62,220 bases of DNA from Parcubacteria group bacterium Greene0416_39 (GCA_007375675.1 VMEU01000006.1:1-62220); one strand, 5' to 3'; counted from the stretch's first letter, positions 29,802-39,223 are shown. Program-made: numbers and translations. Notes: generated by a model from the sequence alone, not told the origin.

Positions 29802-29982
29802 TTGTTTTCCCTTGAAGGGAATTTTGAAAAAGAAATAATAGCACCCCTATCCCGTAGAAAATCTTTCCAACCATCCACGCAAAAAAGCTTCCGGTAAAGA
29901 AGATAAAGGGAAGACTCAAAAGAAGGGTTGCCCCTGCAAGCAACAAAAAGATCTCGCTTATGTGTCTATTATTGTACCACAT
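29794..29982 (-). CDS. Small two-TM hypothetical protein
   Basis: Hydrophobic ORF coupled to neighbours; start uncertain. Confidence 0.55.
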   Translation of the reverse strand: MWYNNRHISEIFLLLAGATLLLSLPFIFFTGSFFAWMVGKIFYGIGVLLFLFQNSLQGKTNV

Positions 29983-30139
29983 GAGGCGGTGCTCCGTGAG
30001 CTATTATCTCTATATTACAACTTTTGTGCTCTTTGCACCACGCTTCGCATTTCTCGGCCCATTCTTTCTCTGCATACATAAAACCGCACTCTTTACACCG
30101 ATACAATTCTTTACCTTGCTGTTGAATTGTTTTAACCAT
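29969..30139 (-). CDS. Small Cys-rich putative zinc-finger protein (56 aa)
   Basis: Manual translation MVKTIQQQGKELYRCKECGFMYAEKEWAEKCEAWCKEHKSCNIEIIAH...; below the ORF-track cutoff. Confidence 0.8.
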   Translation of the reverse strand: MVKTIQQQGKELYRCKECGFMYAEKEWAEKCEAWCKEHKSCNIEIIAHGAPPHVVQ

Positions 30140-30219
30140 AAGTGGCGTGTACCTCGGTTCATCGAATCTGAAGATTCTTCAGAATCTGAATGATCTAGAA
30201 CCGAGGATTTTAAAGGGTA

Positions 30220-30247
30220 TTGACACCCAGCGAACGCTTGCTATACT
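30220..30247 (+). promoter_or_regulatory. Sigma70 promoter convergent on the NYN gene
   Basis: TTGACA-16 bp-(TG.)TATACT. Confidence 0.7.
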
Positions 30248-30252
30248 GTAAC

Positions 30253-30310
30253 TATCACTACGAAAAAGACCCTTATGAGGTTCCGTCCCCATCGGGGGCT
30301 TTTTCTTTTT
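30253..30310 (+). ncRNA. Candidate small RNA overlapping the NYN 3' end
   Basis: Promoter, then hairpin AAAAAGACCC...GGGGCTTTTT and a U-tract; no convincing ORF. Confidence 0.5.
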
Positions 30311-30800
30311 CGGCCCCTAGAATTGAACGCTGGTCGTTTATATATGCAATCCGCGCACCCGTTCTTTTAAGAAGTATTGAGCACCTTTTTTCATTACTTG
30401 GTGATAATATCGCCAGAAACTTATGCTTCTCTAGTAAAAACTTAACCAAACCTGCATAGTCACCATCGCTTGCTATAATAACCGCCCCTTCGAACTTATT
30501 CTCATATGCGTCACGCGTTGCCTGCAATACCAAATCAGCATCACAATTTCCTTTTGGCTTTCCGTCGCCATCATAAACCACTTCTTTGAACACAAGCGTG
30601 AAACCTGATTCTTGCAGGTGCTTATAAAGCTCTTTGTATTTTGGTATCAATCCAATGAATAAGTAGGCGGTACGCACTCCGTATTTTTCAGATAACCACA
30701 CTCTGAATCTTTTGTAATCAAGCTTCCAGCCCAAGCTCGCAACGCCTTTATATAGGTTAGCACCATCTATATAGGCAAAATTCTTTTCTTTCAGATTCAT
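30273..30800 (-). CDS. NYN-domain (LabA/DUF88, PIN-like) putative RNase
   Basis: AYIDGANL, KGNCDADL, ASDGDY. Confidence 0.92.
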   Translation of the reverse strand: MNLKEKNFAYIDGANLYKGVASLGWKLDYKRFRVWLSEKYGVRTAYLFIGLIPKYKELYKHLQESGFTLVFKEVVYDGDGKPKGNCDADLVLQATRDAYENKFEGAVIIASDGDYAGLVKFLLEKHKFLAILSPSNEKRCSILLKRTGARIAYINDQRSILGAEKEKAPDGDGTS

Positions 30801-30989
30801 AAAAATGTTGTGTATCTCGGTCTAGCCGCCCATTTCAATGGGCGAGCCTCGCCTTCTTGGCGGGGTCATTTTAGCACAAAACCTGTCCCGTAGTGAACTT
30901 GTTCTACTACTGGGATGAGATAAATGAGACACTGGATAGGGGTATTATCTCGTGTCTCATTTCGCAATGTATTTCAGAAGCGATTCTTC

Positions 30990-31688
30990 CTAGTCAAAAC
31001 AGGTTTCTTTACCTTTTAGTTCGTTGAACGCTTTTGCGCAAGAAGAATCAAGTTTTGTATATTCCTTGAGTACCCGCACGGTCTCCTCAATAAATCCTCC
31101 CACGGTACCATCAGAGTCATCGACGCCGCCCCGGCACAGTTTATCATCAAGCCGCAAAAGCATATCAATTAGTAACTTGGTTGTTTGCTCACTTACCGGC
31201 AACTCGGAAACAATCTTTGATAGACGATTACATCCTTCCGAAAGTGAGTTTTGATATGAAAACCATATCCGGGACGGGCCATTGTATGGCTTGATATATT
31301 TCATGGCGCCAGTGATAGATTTTTTAGTTGTGGACAATTCTTCTTTGCTTAATGCTCCCAACCGACCGCTGCAAGTGACCTGAGATACGGGTCGCTTGTC
31401 TTCGTCGCTAAGTTTTCTACCGCCCATCACGGCATAGATTGCCACTGCCACCATGTGCTTGCAGAGCGTATCGTTCTGACCAAGATAGCATTCGCAGCTC
31501 CCCCGGTCATAACGATGACTATCAACATAAACTCGATAAGGCTTGGTGCCCAAAACAGTTGCGAAAAAGCCGTTCAGTTCTTCTGTCCATTGGGTTACCT
31601 TTCTGCTTTCATACGCATTAACCGCCTTCTCAAAAGTCGGCTCATCCGTTGCAAACTTAATTTTTTCTAGATCGTAGGCTGGCAACAT
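30990..31688 (-). CDS. SWIM zinc-finger protein, possibly slightly truncated
   Basis: CEC...CKH SWIM motif, GGVDDSDG; frame continues 10 codons past the TAG. Confidence 0.85.
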   Translation of the reverse strand: MLPAYDLEKIKFATDEPTFEKAVNAYESRKVTQWTEELNGFFATVLGTKPYRVYVDSHRYDRGSCECYLGQNDTLCKHMVAVAIYAVMGGRKLSDEDKRPVSQVTCSGRLGALSKEELSTTKKSITGAMKYIKPYNGPSRIWFSYQNSLSEGCNRLSKIVSELPVSEQTTKLLIDMLLRLDDKLCRGGVDDSDGTVGGFIEETVRVLKEYTKLDSSCAKAFNELKGKETCFD

Positions 31689-31742
31689 AAAAATACAATA
31701 GTAATTTGACATTAGCACCTCAATGTGTAAAAATAAAGGTGT

Positions 31743-31925
31743 ATGAAAAACGGCAATCAAGCCACAATCTTGACCCCAAAAGAGGTGACAGAATATAAAA
31801 CACCTTTGCCTGCAAGCTGGAAAAGGGCAGTCGGGCTTTTACGCAGAAAAAGAAAAGCTCTGGAGCAACATTTAAAAACCGTCCGCAAAGAATGGGGTCG
31901 TCATTCTCCTCAATATGACGATTGA
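31743..31925 (+). CDS. Putative antitoxin of the PIN toxin
   Basis: 60-aa ORF overlapping the PIN gene start; C-terminal RKEW. Confidence 0.7.
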   Translation: MKNGNQATILTPKEVTEYKTPLPASWKRAVGLLRRKRKALEQHLKTVRKEWGRHSPQYDD

Positions 31926-32286
31926 TGCAAATATTGCTATCGCATTCCTTGGAGGAGATACTTTGGTTGTTTCTGAACTCTCCAAGTGGAGAGAAGAAGG
32001 ACTACCTCTTTTTCTTTCCACCGTTGCGGAAACCGAAATACTTTCCTTCTCTCATTGGACAAGCCAAGAACGAATCGCTACAGAGCAATTTCTTGAGCAG
32101 AACTTCACCTCGATTCCCTTTGATCGCAACCTCTCCAGGATTGCGGCTTCCATTCGTAGAGACGTAAAGATCAGATTCCCCGATGCTGCCATTGCAGCAA
32201 CTGCTCTCTTTACTCATACTCCTCTTGTCACTCGCAACCAACGCGACTTCAAACGCATCCCAAATCTGCGTATTGTAAGCATGTAA
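31915..32286 (+). CDS. vapC: VapC-family PIN-domain toxin
   Basis: IDAN, E, PDAAIAATA, LVTRN..DF. Confidence 0.92.
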   Translation: MTIDANIAIAFLGGDTLVVSELSKWREEGLPLFLSTVAETEILSFSHWTSQERIATEQFLEQNFTSIPFDRNLSRIAASIRRDVKIRFPDAAIAATALFTHTPLVTRNQRDFKRIPNLRIVSM

Positions 32287-32292
32287 TGCGCC

Positions 32293-32430
32293 AGAAACGT
32301 GGACGCGGATATGAAGAACTACGCAAAGTACATCTTGCGGGAAGGAAACATATTTGAGAAGCGAGAACTGCTCACCTATCTTAAAGACCGGATACTGCTG
32401 GCAAACAAGGTTATCACGCTCGCAAAGTAG
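32293..32430 (+). pseudogene. Gene remnant resembling the C-terminus of CPR serine recombinases
   Basis: RNVDADMKNYAKYILREGNIFEKRELLTYLKDRILL; family assignment from recall only. Confidence 0.45.
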
Positions 32431-32714
32431 GCAGAACAAACGAAAAGCCACCGATGAGGTGGTTTTCGTTCTAAATACGGCGCTCGGCCAGCATGCCATT
32501 TCGGAATGGAAATGTTGGAATTTCGAGGGGTCTAGGTCACCTCGATACTTCCAACCTTGGCTGTGTGCCTCGGTCTAGAACTCATCGAGTCTGAGACTCT
32601 CAGAGTCGAATGACCAAGGGTTTAAGAGGGATTCTAGGGCTTTCTAGGGGTGTCTCATCTACCCCTCTCGGTCGGGGTCATTTTAACACAAATGCGACAC
32701 TGGATAAGGAGGGA

Positions 32715-33453
32715 CTATTTGAAGGCTTTTAGAGAAAAAAGTAGCGGTATTTGGATGTTTTTATCTTTAAATCTATAGATTCCTTTCTCGTCCTCTTCCA
32801 TGAAACCCGGAAACTGTTCATATACAGTAAAGGGGAACTCATGCAGAAATTCGATCTTTAGCCCTTCTCCTAGTAAAACATTGATAATATCGCTGAGAGT
32901 ATGCGTCCACATGTATGCTTTGCTTTCTATGATCACAGTATTATCTGCATAATCAGGACCAGACTCTTCGATAAATGGCTCCTTAGTAAAATATGGTTCA
33001 GTTATTTTAAAGTCTTTACTGAGGATAGTAGTTAGAGGATGAATCTCAGCTATATAAAAGACACCCCCATCTTTAAGGAAATGATGTATGACCTCGGCCC
33101 ACTTTTTCAAATCTGGTAACCAAGCGAGAACTCCGTAGGAGGTAAAAATAATATCAAATTTCTTATCAAGGACATCTGGTAAGTTATAAATATCAGAGCA
33201 GATAAAATGGGCTGATACTCCTACTTCTTGGCTTAACTGTTTAGCCCACCGCCCAAGATATAGTTCCCATCCCAAAATGGCATTGAAGATGTAAAAGAGT
33301 TTTCCCCTTAACATTCCCCATCTCTTCAAGTTCTACCGAATTCAAGTTACTCTTTCCTTTTTTAAAACTCTCCACATCATAATGTTTAGAGTTTGCATGG
33401 ATAGGCGTAACTTTATCCCACCATTCTTTATTAGCTCTCAAGTAGTCATTCAT
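32715..33453 (-). pseudogene. Class I SAM-dependent methyltransferase, deletion plus frameshift
   Basis: N-part LLHLQCHFG..TISWA (33241-33453) and C-part FDIIFTSYGVLAWLPDL in another frame; the VTGVDFS-type strand is missing at the junction (~33250). Confidence 0.85.
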
Positions 33454-33523
33454 AAATTATTCATGTAAGCATAGGGCTGGCTAAACCAACTAATGTCTCC
33501 CGGTCACTTGACTTAGCATATGC

Positions 33524-33766
33524 TTACTTTATTAAGCCGAGTTTCTTTTCTCGGCGCCAACCTTTGATTTCTCGCTCGCGTCTTCTGGCATCTTTCAGAT
33601 TATCAAACGTTTCGGAATACTTTAATTCAACTGGTCTTCTTATTTTTGTGTAGTGAGCACCCCACGTTGATTCGTTGTGTTGTTTTATGCGTTTTACCAA
33701 ATCATTGGTGCATCCGACATACAATGACTTGTCTGCACACTCAACGATATAGACGTAAAACTTCAT
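33524..33766 (-). CDS. GIY-YIG nuclease family protein
   Basis: FYVYI...LYVG.T..L..R...H, RE..IK.W.R.KK. Confidence 0.92.
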   Translation of the reverse strand: MKFYVYIVECADKSLYVGCTNDLVKRIKQHNESTWGAHYTKIRRPVELKYSETFDNLKDARRREREIKGWRREKKLGLIK

Positions 33767-33927
33767 GAGGAACGAAATTGTATTAGGCCCTTCGTCGTCC
33801 TTCGTTGATACTCAGGATTCCTCAGGGACTTCGATTTTCTTAGCGTTATTGATGATGGTCGGAGTTTCTGAGGGAGTACCCGAAGAAACGGAGACACTGA
33901 GATTTGAACGAAGTGAAAATCGAAGTG

Positions 33928-33998
33928 CTGCCAGGCTAGGAATCGAACCTAGATTAATGGATTCAGAGTCCATCTTCCTACCTTTAGAAGACCTGGCA
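33928..33998 (-). tRNA. tRNA-Gln(CTG)
   Basis: TGCCAGG...CTCTGAA...GGTTCGATTCC...CCTGGCAG. Confidence 0.93.
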
Positions 33999-34067
33999 AA
34001 GTATTTCAATCTTATCTCATTTCTCTCAAAAAATCCAGGCCTTCTCATAAAATAGAGGGGGGCGTTG

Positions 34068-34096
34068 TTGACGTTTTGTGAAAAGCATTTTAAAAT
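34068..34096 (+). promoter_or_regulatory. Sigma70 promoter for the acyltransferase gene
   Basis: TTGACG-17 bp-TAAAAT. Confidence 0.7.
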
Positions 34097-34155
34097 ACAT
34101 CTTGGTACCTGCTAACGCTGGCTCATTCCATCAAAAAGAGAACGAGGAGGCCAAA

Positions 34156-35088
34156 GTGAATATTGTTGTATTCCAAGGTTTACGGCCTATACACCCTGCG
34201 GCATGGCAAGACATGCTTTCCATACCTGCGGTATCGCTAAAAATCCAGGCAGCTCAGGCAATCCTTAAGGAGGAGGATATAAGAGTGGAGGGTTACCCCT
34301 TGAACCTGATTGATTACTCAACGGGAAAGATCCCGCCGCTCTCACATCATACCCTCACGGTGTTTGAACATCCCATGATCTTCCTCACAAGCCTTGCTTT
34401 ATGGGAAGCGAAAAAACCGCCGTGTGATGGTGTCATGGGCTTCAGTATGGGAGAGTGGACAGCTGCCGTCGCAGCAGGATGTCTTGGTTTCCGAAAGGGA
34501 TTTCTCACAATAGTCAAACGAGGAATGCTCACGTCCCAAGCTGGAGGATCTTCTCTACTCTTGAGGGGACCACTTCCCATCAAACGGCTGAGAGCATTCT
34601 CTGCATTCACAAAGGACGTGTGGCTTGCGAATATTAGTAGCTTCTCCCAAGGGATTATCTCGGGCGAATCAGAGAAAATCACAGCAATCCAACAGGAACT
34701 CGGGAAATCCCACCGCCAGCTCAAAGTAAATCCCCTTGACATTGGAGGTGCATTCCATACCCCTGCCATGAGAAATGCTAGGAAAGAGTTGACAACCTTT
34801 CTGAGGGATGTAAAATTCCGCAGTCCGCGAGTTCCTCTCATCCTAAACGCCACAGGGGAACCGGAGGAAAATCCAAGTGAAATCAAACGACTCCTCTTGC
34901 GGCAGATGACTGCTCGCCTCTATTTCCCAAGAACCGCAAGAAAACTGCCTCCTAGCGCAAGCATTCACGAAATTGTCGTTCCTCTTGGGGGACGACTCAC
35001 CGTATCTCAATTCATCAACGATGGAAAGAAGAGACCACGTCAACTTTCTTTGCCAAAAAGAACAGCTATCGCTGGGCAATCTGCGTAA
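34156..35088 (+). CDS. FabD-like (malonyl-CoA:ACP transacylase family) acyltransferase, divergent
   Basis: VVFQG, GFSMGE nucleophile elbow, KRG, LAN, GGAFHT; GTG start after GAGGAGG. Confidence 0.8.
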   Translation: MNIVVFQGLRPIHPAAWQDMLSIPAVSLKIQAAQAILKEEDIRVEGYPLNLIDYSTGKIPPLSHHTLTVFEHPMIFLTSLALWEAKKPPCDGVMGFSMGEWTAAVAAGCLGFRKGFLTIVKRGMLTSQAGGSSLLLRGPLPIKRLRAFSAFTKDVWLANISSFSQGIISGESEKITAIQQELGKSHRQLKVNPLDIGGAFHTPAMRNARKELTTFLRDVKFRSPRVPLILNATGEPEENPSEIKRLLLRQMTARLYFPRTARKLPPSASIHEIVVPLGGRLTVSQFINDGKKRPRQLSLPKRTAIAGQSA

Positions 35089-35105
35089 AAGCGCAAAAAC
35101 AAGAA

Positions 35106-35145
35106 GGGGGCCCGCTCCAAACCAATTTGGAGATGGGCCCTTTTT
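35106..35145. terminator. Bidirectional terminator-like hairpin
   Basis: gggcccgctccaaa...tttggagatgggccc followed by T run between convergent genes. Confidence 0.65.
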
Positions 35146-36052
35146 ATATCCTCAAATACTTTTGTATGGCAACAACACTTGAGACAACTCCAAGGCCAAT
35201 GCCTACTCCGAACTCAAGGGCCAAGAAGAGAAAAACATGGGAAGTGAAATATTCAAACAGGTTGAACCCTGAAAGAAAACTTTCAAATCTTGGCCCTGCA
35301 AACCAGCTCAAAAAGAAGAGAAAAAGAAACGTGAGGAGCCCTCCAAATACCCCTACTACAATGCCTTGAACCACAAAGGGGCCTTGGATAAACGAGTTTG
35401 AAGCTCCCACAAGGCGCATCACTTCTATTTCGTCTCTTGAGTTGTATATGGTGAGGCGTATGGTGTTGAACGCAACGAGAACCGCGATGAAAGCAAGCCC
35501 AACGCTCACAATTAAAACCACGAGCCGGATTCCCTTGGTGAGCTCTTCCATTCTTTGAATAACATTCTGCCTGTCTTTGTAGTCAACGCGCTCCACAATG
35601 CCGGAAAACGCTTCCTGCTCAAGAAACTGCGCAATTTTGGGATACTGGCCAGGATCTTTTGCAAGAATATTAAGAGAAGCCAACAAAGGGTTGGTTCCAA
35701 TTGTCTCAAGCGCGTCTACGATAAACTGGTCGTTTTTATGAAGCGCGACAAATTCTTCTAAGGCTTTGTCTTTTGAAATATACACTGCGTCCTTCACTTC
35801 AGGAACTGGGAGTAGGCGTTCCTTGAACGCAAGAATGTCTTCTTCTGACGCGTCTTGCGCAAAGTACACGCTCACGTCAACTGAATTCTCAAGACGAGAA
35901 AGCAAAAATACGCTCACCCCCTGCAAAAAAAGCAGGGAGCTGAACATAAAGACGACAACCGCAGTAACAATGAGCGCGGCCCAAGTGGAACTCTTGTCTC
36001 TTGAGAATTTTTCCCATCCAAGCAGAATTATTCTTTCTAAGGCAAGAAACAT
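35144..36052 (-). CDS. ftsX: Cell division permease FtsX
   Basis: NPL, NTIRL, EIEVMRLVGA, PF..G; four TMs. Confidence 0.93.
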   Translation of the reverse strand: MFLALERIILLGWEKFSRDKSSTWAALIVTAVVVFMFSSLLFLQGVSVFLLSRLENSVDVSVYFAQDASEEDILAFKERLLPVPEVKDAVYISKDKALEEFVALHKNDQFIVDALETIGTNPLLASLNILAKDPGQYPKIAQFLEQEAFSGIVERVDYKDRQNVIQRMEELTKGIRLVVLIVSVGLAFIAVLVAFNTIRLTIYNSRDEIEVMRLVGASNSFIQGPFVVQGIVVGVFGGLLTFLFLFFLSWFAGPRFESFLSGFNLFEYFTSHVFLFLALEFGVGIGLGVVSSVVAIQKYLRI

Positions 36053-36057
36053 TGTGG

Positions 36058-36768
36058 TCAGAGAATAAACTTTCCCCGTTGTTCATCTCGTATAAGTCTG
36101 CCTTGTTCTAACGTGAGAACCCTTTTGCCCAAATGATTGATAACCTCTTTATTGTGAGTTGCAAGAATAACCGTGGTCCCAAGATCATGAATCTTGATCA
36201 AAAGCTGGATAATGTCATGGGTGTTATAAGGATCAAGGTTTCCGGTAGGCTCGTCTGCAATAATCACTTCGGGTCTGTGGATGAGGGCGCGCGCTATTGC
36301 AACCCTCTGCTTTTCTCCTCCTGAAAGTTGGGCTGGAAAATGATGGCCTCGCTCACTCAACCCCACAATCTCCAGTACATCATGCACGTCACTCTCAATC
36401 ACTTGGTTTGGAGCTCCCATAACTGCCATCACGTACGCGACATTTTCATACGCGGTTTTTGCAGAAAGGAGCTTATAGTCTTGGAACACCACGCCTATCT
36501 TTCTCCTTAAGTTAGGAATCTTTGCCCTTTCAATCTCGTGCACATTCTCCTTGCCAAAATAGATCTGGCCTGCAGTTGGTTTTTCTTCTGCAAGCAAAAG
36601 CTTCAAGAGCGTGGTCTTCCCTGCTCCAGATCTTCCGACAAGGGAGACAAATTCCCCTGTCTGTATCTCAAAAGAAACACCTTCTACCGCAACGCTCTTT
36701 GGGGGCCTTCGGCTCTGAGGCTCAGTCTCGAAGAGGTATATCTTGCTTACTTTTTCAAACTTTATCAT
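36058..36768 (-). CDS. ftsE: Cell division ATPase FtsE
   Basis: [27 protein letters not shown]. Confidence 0.95.
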   Translation of the reverse strand: MIKFEKVSKIYLFETEPQSRRPPKSVAVEGVSFEIQTGEFVSLVGRSGAGKTTLLKLLLAEEKPTAGQIYFGKENVHEIERAKIPNLRRKIGVVFQDYKLLSAKTAYENVAYVMAVMGAPNQVIESDVHDVLEIVGLSERGHHFPAQLSGGEKQRVAIARALIHRPEVIIADEPTGNLDPYNTHDIIQLLIKIHDLGTTVILATHNKEVINHLGKRVLTLEQGRLIRDEQRGKFIL

Positions 36769-37806
36769 TTTCTGATTTGGGCTTCAATAAACTCATCCAA
36801 GCGTCCGTCAAGCACTCCTGCCGTATCTGATGTCTCCACATTTGTCCGGTGATCTTTTACCATTTGGTAGGGATGCAGAACATACGAGCGGATCTGGCTG
36901 CCCCATTCAATAGCCATTGGCTTGCCTTGAGCTTGTCGAAGGGTTGCCAATTCTTTGTCCTTTTCTTGCTCTCTTATTTGGTACAGCTTTGCGGCAAGGA
37001 TTTCCAACGCGCGTTCTTTATTCTGCTGTTGGGAGCGCTGGGTTTGCGATTCTACCGCAATGCCGGTTGGAATATGCACAATGCGCACTGCGGTTTCCCT
37101 TTTGTTCACATTCTGGCCTCCGGGGCCTGAAGACTTTGAAACCTCCAAAACAATCTCTTCTGGTTTTATCTCAATCTTCTCTTCTCCCAACCTAATTTCG
37201 GGCAATACTTCAACTGCGGCAAAAGAGGTATGGCGCAACGCCTTTGCAGAAAAGGGTGAAATCCGCACGAGGCGATGCACGCCAGTTTCCTTTTTCAAAA
37301 ACCCATATACAAAGGAACCTTCAATGCCCATACTCACTTGATTGGCTGACTCATGGATAATGCTCGTTTTGAAACCTTTTCTCTCTGCATAGCGCTGGTA
37401 CATTCTCAAGAGCATGGTTGCCCAGTCTTGCGCGTCTTGGCCCCCTGCTCCTGCCGTAATGGTGAATATGGCGTCTCCCGTATCATACTTTCCTGAAAGG
37501 AACGCTTTGGTTTCTTCCTTGCTCAACTCCTCTCCCACAAGCTGAAATTCTTTTTCGCTTGCCTCTTCTCTTAAACCCTCAACTTCTCGTTTTAACTCAA
37601 CAATCGCAGAAACGCTTTCTTGGAGGCGCGCAAGGTCCCTGCTCATCAATGCAGCCCTGGCCCTGTCTTGCCAAATCTGGGGATTCTCTAATTCTTTCCC
37701 AATGCTTTCAATTTCTTGTTTCTTTTTTGCAATGTCAAAGACGGTCCTCCAGAAACTTGAATCGTTTCTGAAGGTCTAAGACTCTCTCTCCCATGGTTTG
37801 CGCCAT
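36765..37806 (-). CDS. prfB: Peptide chain release factor 2 with programmed +1 frameshift
   Basis: SPF and GGQ motifs; CTT TGA C at 37740-37734 joins a short upstream frame (ATG 37806 or 37794) to the main frame. Confidence 0.95.
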
Positions 37807-37845
37807 ATACCTTATTGTAGAGGAACTAGAGAGAAAATCAAATCT

Positions 37846-37920
37846 TGGAGCCGATGGTCGGATTCGGACCGACGACCTACTCTTTACGAAAGAGTTGCTC
37901 TACCGCTGAGCTACATCGGC
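37846..37920 (-). tRNA. tRNA-Thr(CGT), encoded CCA
   Basis: GCCGATG...TTCGTAA...; T-loop reads TCCGAAT rather than TTCGAAT. Confidence 0.92.
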
Positions 37921-37940
37921 ATGTACGGAAAGCCTCATAA

Positions 37941-38999
37941 TTACTTAGCAAGAATATACGCGGACGAAGGCCCTTTGCCAACCTGGCTAATCATTTTTAG
38001 TTTCTTAAGTTTTTGCAGGCATAATTGAGCTGTCCTTTTAGGACATCCAAGAACATCCATTACGTCCTGCACCGTAATCTTACTCACTTGATCTAAAAAT
38101 TCAAGGATTTTCATCTGGTCTTTATTAAGATAAATCTGGGATGTGATGTTTTGATCAATTTTTCGCAAAGCGAGAGTGGCAACCTTGGCCTTTACGTTAT
38201 CAATTTCCTCTTTGAAGCCACGCACGAAGTACTCGAGCCAGCGAGTAAAATCAATCTTCCTTTCTTCGTAGGTTCTGCCCAAATTGATAGCCTTGTAGTA
38301 TTTTGACCGATCTGTATTATAGTAATCCTCCAGCGCAAAGAGCCGCCTAAAATCGTAGCCCCGAGCGTAGAGAACTAAAGTTGCAAGCGCCCGGGCGGTT
38401 CGGCCATTACCGTCGGCAAACGGGTGAATAGCTGCAAATTCCGCATGCGCTATGCCAGCGGCAATAATCGGGTTGACCCCATTCTTATCGCTTTTCTGTA
38501 TCCACTCTACCAAATCTCTCATAAGTTGAGGGACCTTCTTAGCCTCGGGTGCCGTATAGACGGTCTCTTGCGGCATGCCGAGCCGTCTCCTTACGACATG
38601 CACAGGGCCCTTCCTATAGTGGCCGGATTGTTCTTCAGGCAAGGTCTTGTTGGTAACTAATGCATGAATTTTTAATATTGCCTTTTCGGTAATAGGCAGT
38701 TTTCTCTCAACCATCTGGCTGATATAACGCAATGCTTTAATATAATTCTCAACTTCATATATATCGCGCGCGGGCGCATCAATTTTTTGATGCCCAAGAA
38801 TCGCCTCCACTTGATTGAGATTTAGCATGTTGCCTTCAATGTGCGTAGAGCTGTGCGTCATTCGGATCAACGCCTGACGCCTTAGTCGAAGCTCTTGTTT
38901 TGGAAGAAGTTTCGCACGCCCAATCACCACCCTTGCCTCGGCTATGGCGGTAAGCATATTGAGAATTATATTGGTAAGCCTGTAGCGCAGATGTAACAT
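37941..38999 (-). CDS. Fic-domain protein with C-terminal winged HTH
   Basis: STHIEGN inhibitory motif, HPFADGNGRTAR, GKGPSSAY tail. Confidence 0.93.
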   Translation of the reverse strand: MLHLRYRLTNIILNMLTAIAEARVVIGRAKLLPKQELRLRRQALIRMTHSSTHIEGNMLNLNQVEAILGHQKIDAPARDIYEVENYIKALRYISQMVERKLPITEKAILKIHALVTNKTLPEEQSGHYRKGPVHVVRRRLGMPQETVYTAPEAKKVPQLMRDLVEWIQKSDKNGVNPIIAAGIAHAEFAAIHPFADGNGRTARALATLVLYARGYDFRRLFALEDYYNTDRSKYYKAINLGRTYEERKIDFTRWLEYFVRGFKEEIDNVKAKVATLALRKIDQNITSQIYLNKDQMKILEFLDQVSKITVQDVMDVLGCPKRTAQLCLQKLKKLKMISQVGKGPSSAYILAK

Positions 39000-39007
39000 A
39001 TATACGT

Positions 39008-39059
39008 ATTATAACGCCCATTACATAATCGCGCAAGTATCGCGCAATTAATCGCGCAA
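39008..39059 (-). promoter_or_regulatory. Fic promoter with triple direct-repeat operator
   Basis: TTGCGC-17 bp-TATAAT; ATCGCGCAA at 39028, 39039, 39051. Confidence 0.65.
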
Positions 39060-39183
39060 GGTAAACTCAAAAGGTATCAATCTCTCCCCTTCCTCATGTC
39101 GTGTTGTGTTCCAACCATGCCGACGGATAATTTCATAACAAATCTTTGTTGGTGCCATACGGATGTATTAATAATATCACACT

Positions 39184-39223
39184 TGAGCGGGATACCGGAA
39201 TTGAACCGGCGCCTCGACCTTGG
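39184..39223 (-). pseudogene. 3' half of a tRNA-Gly-like gene
   Basis: CCAAGGTCGAGGCGCCGGTTCAATTCCGGTATCCCGCTCA; no matching 5' half nearby. Confidence 0.7.

Noticed and set aside
32002-32578. ORFs 32002-32499 (-) and 32354-32578 (+)
   Set aside because: The first is antisense to vapC and the second runs through hairpins; neither has recognisable motifs.
36765-37649. prfB as a truncated gene or pseudogene
   Set aside because: The canonical CTT-TGA-C programmed frameshift restores the N-terminus.
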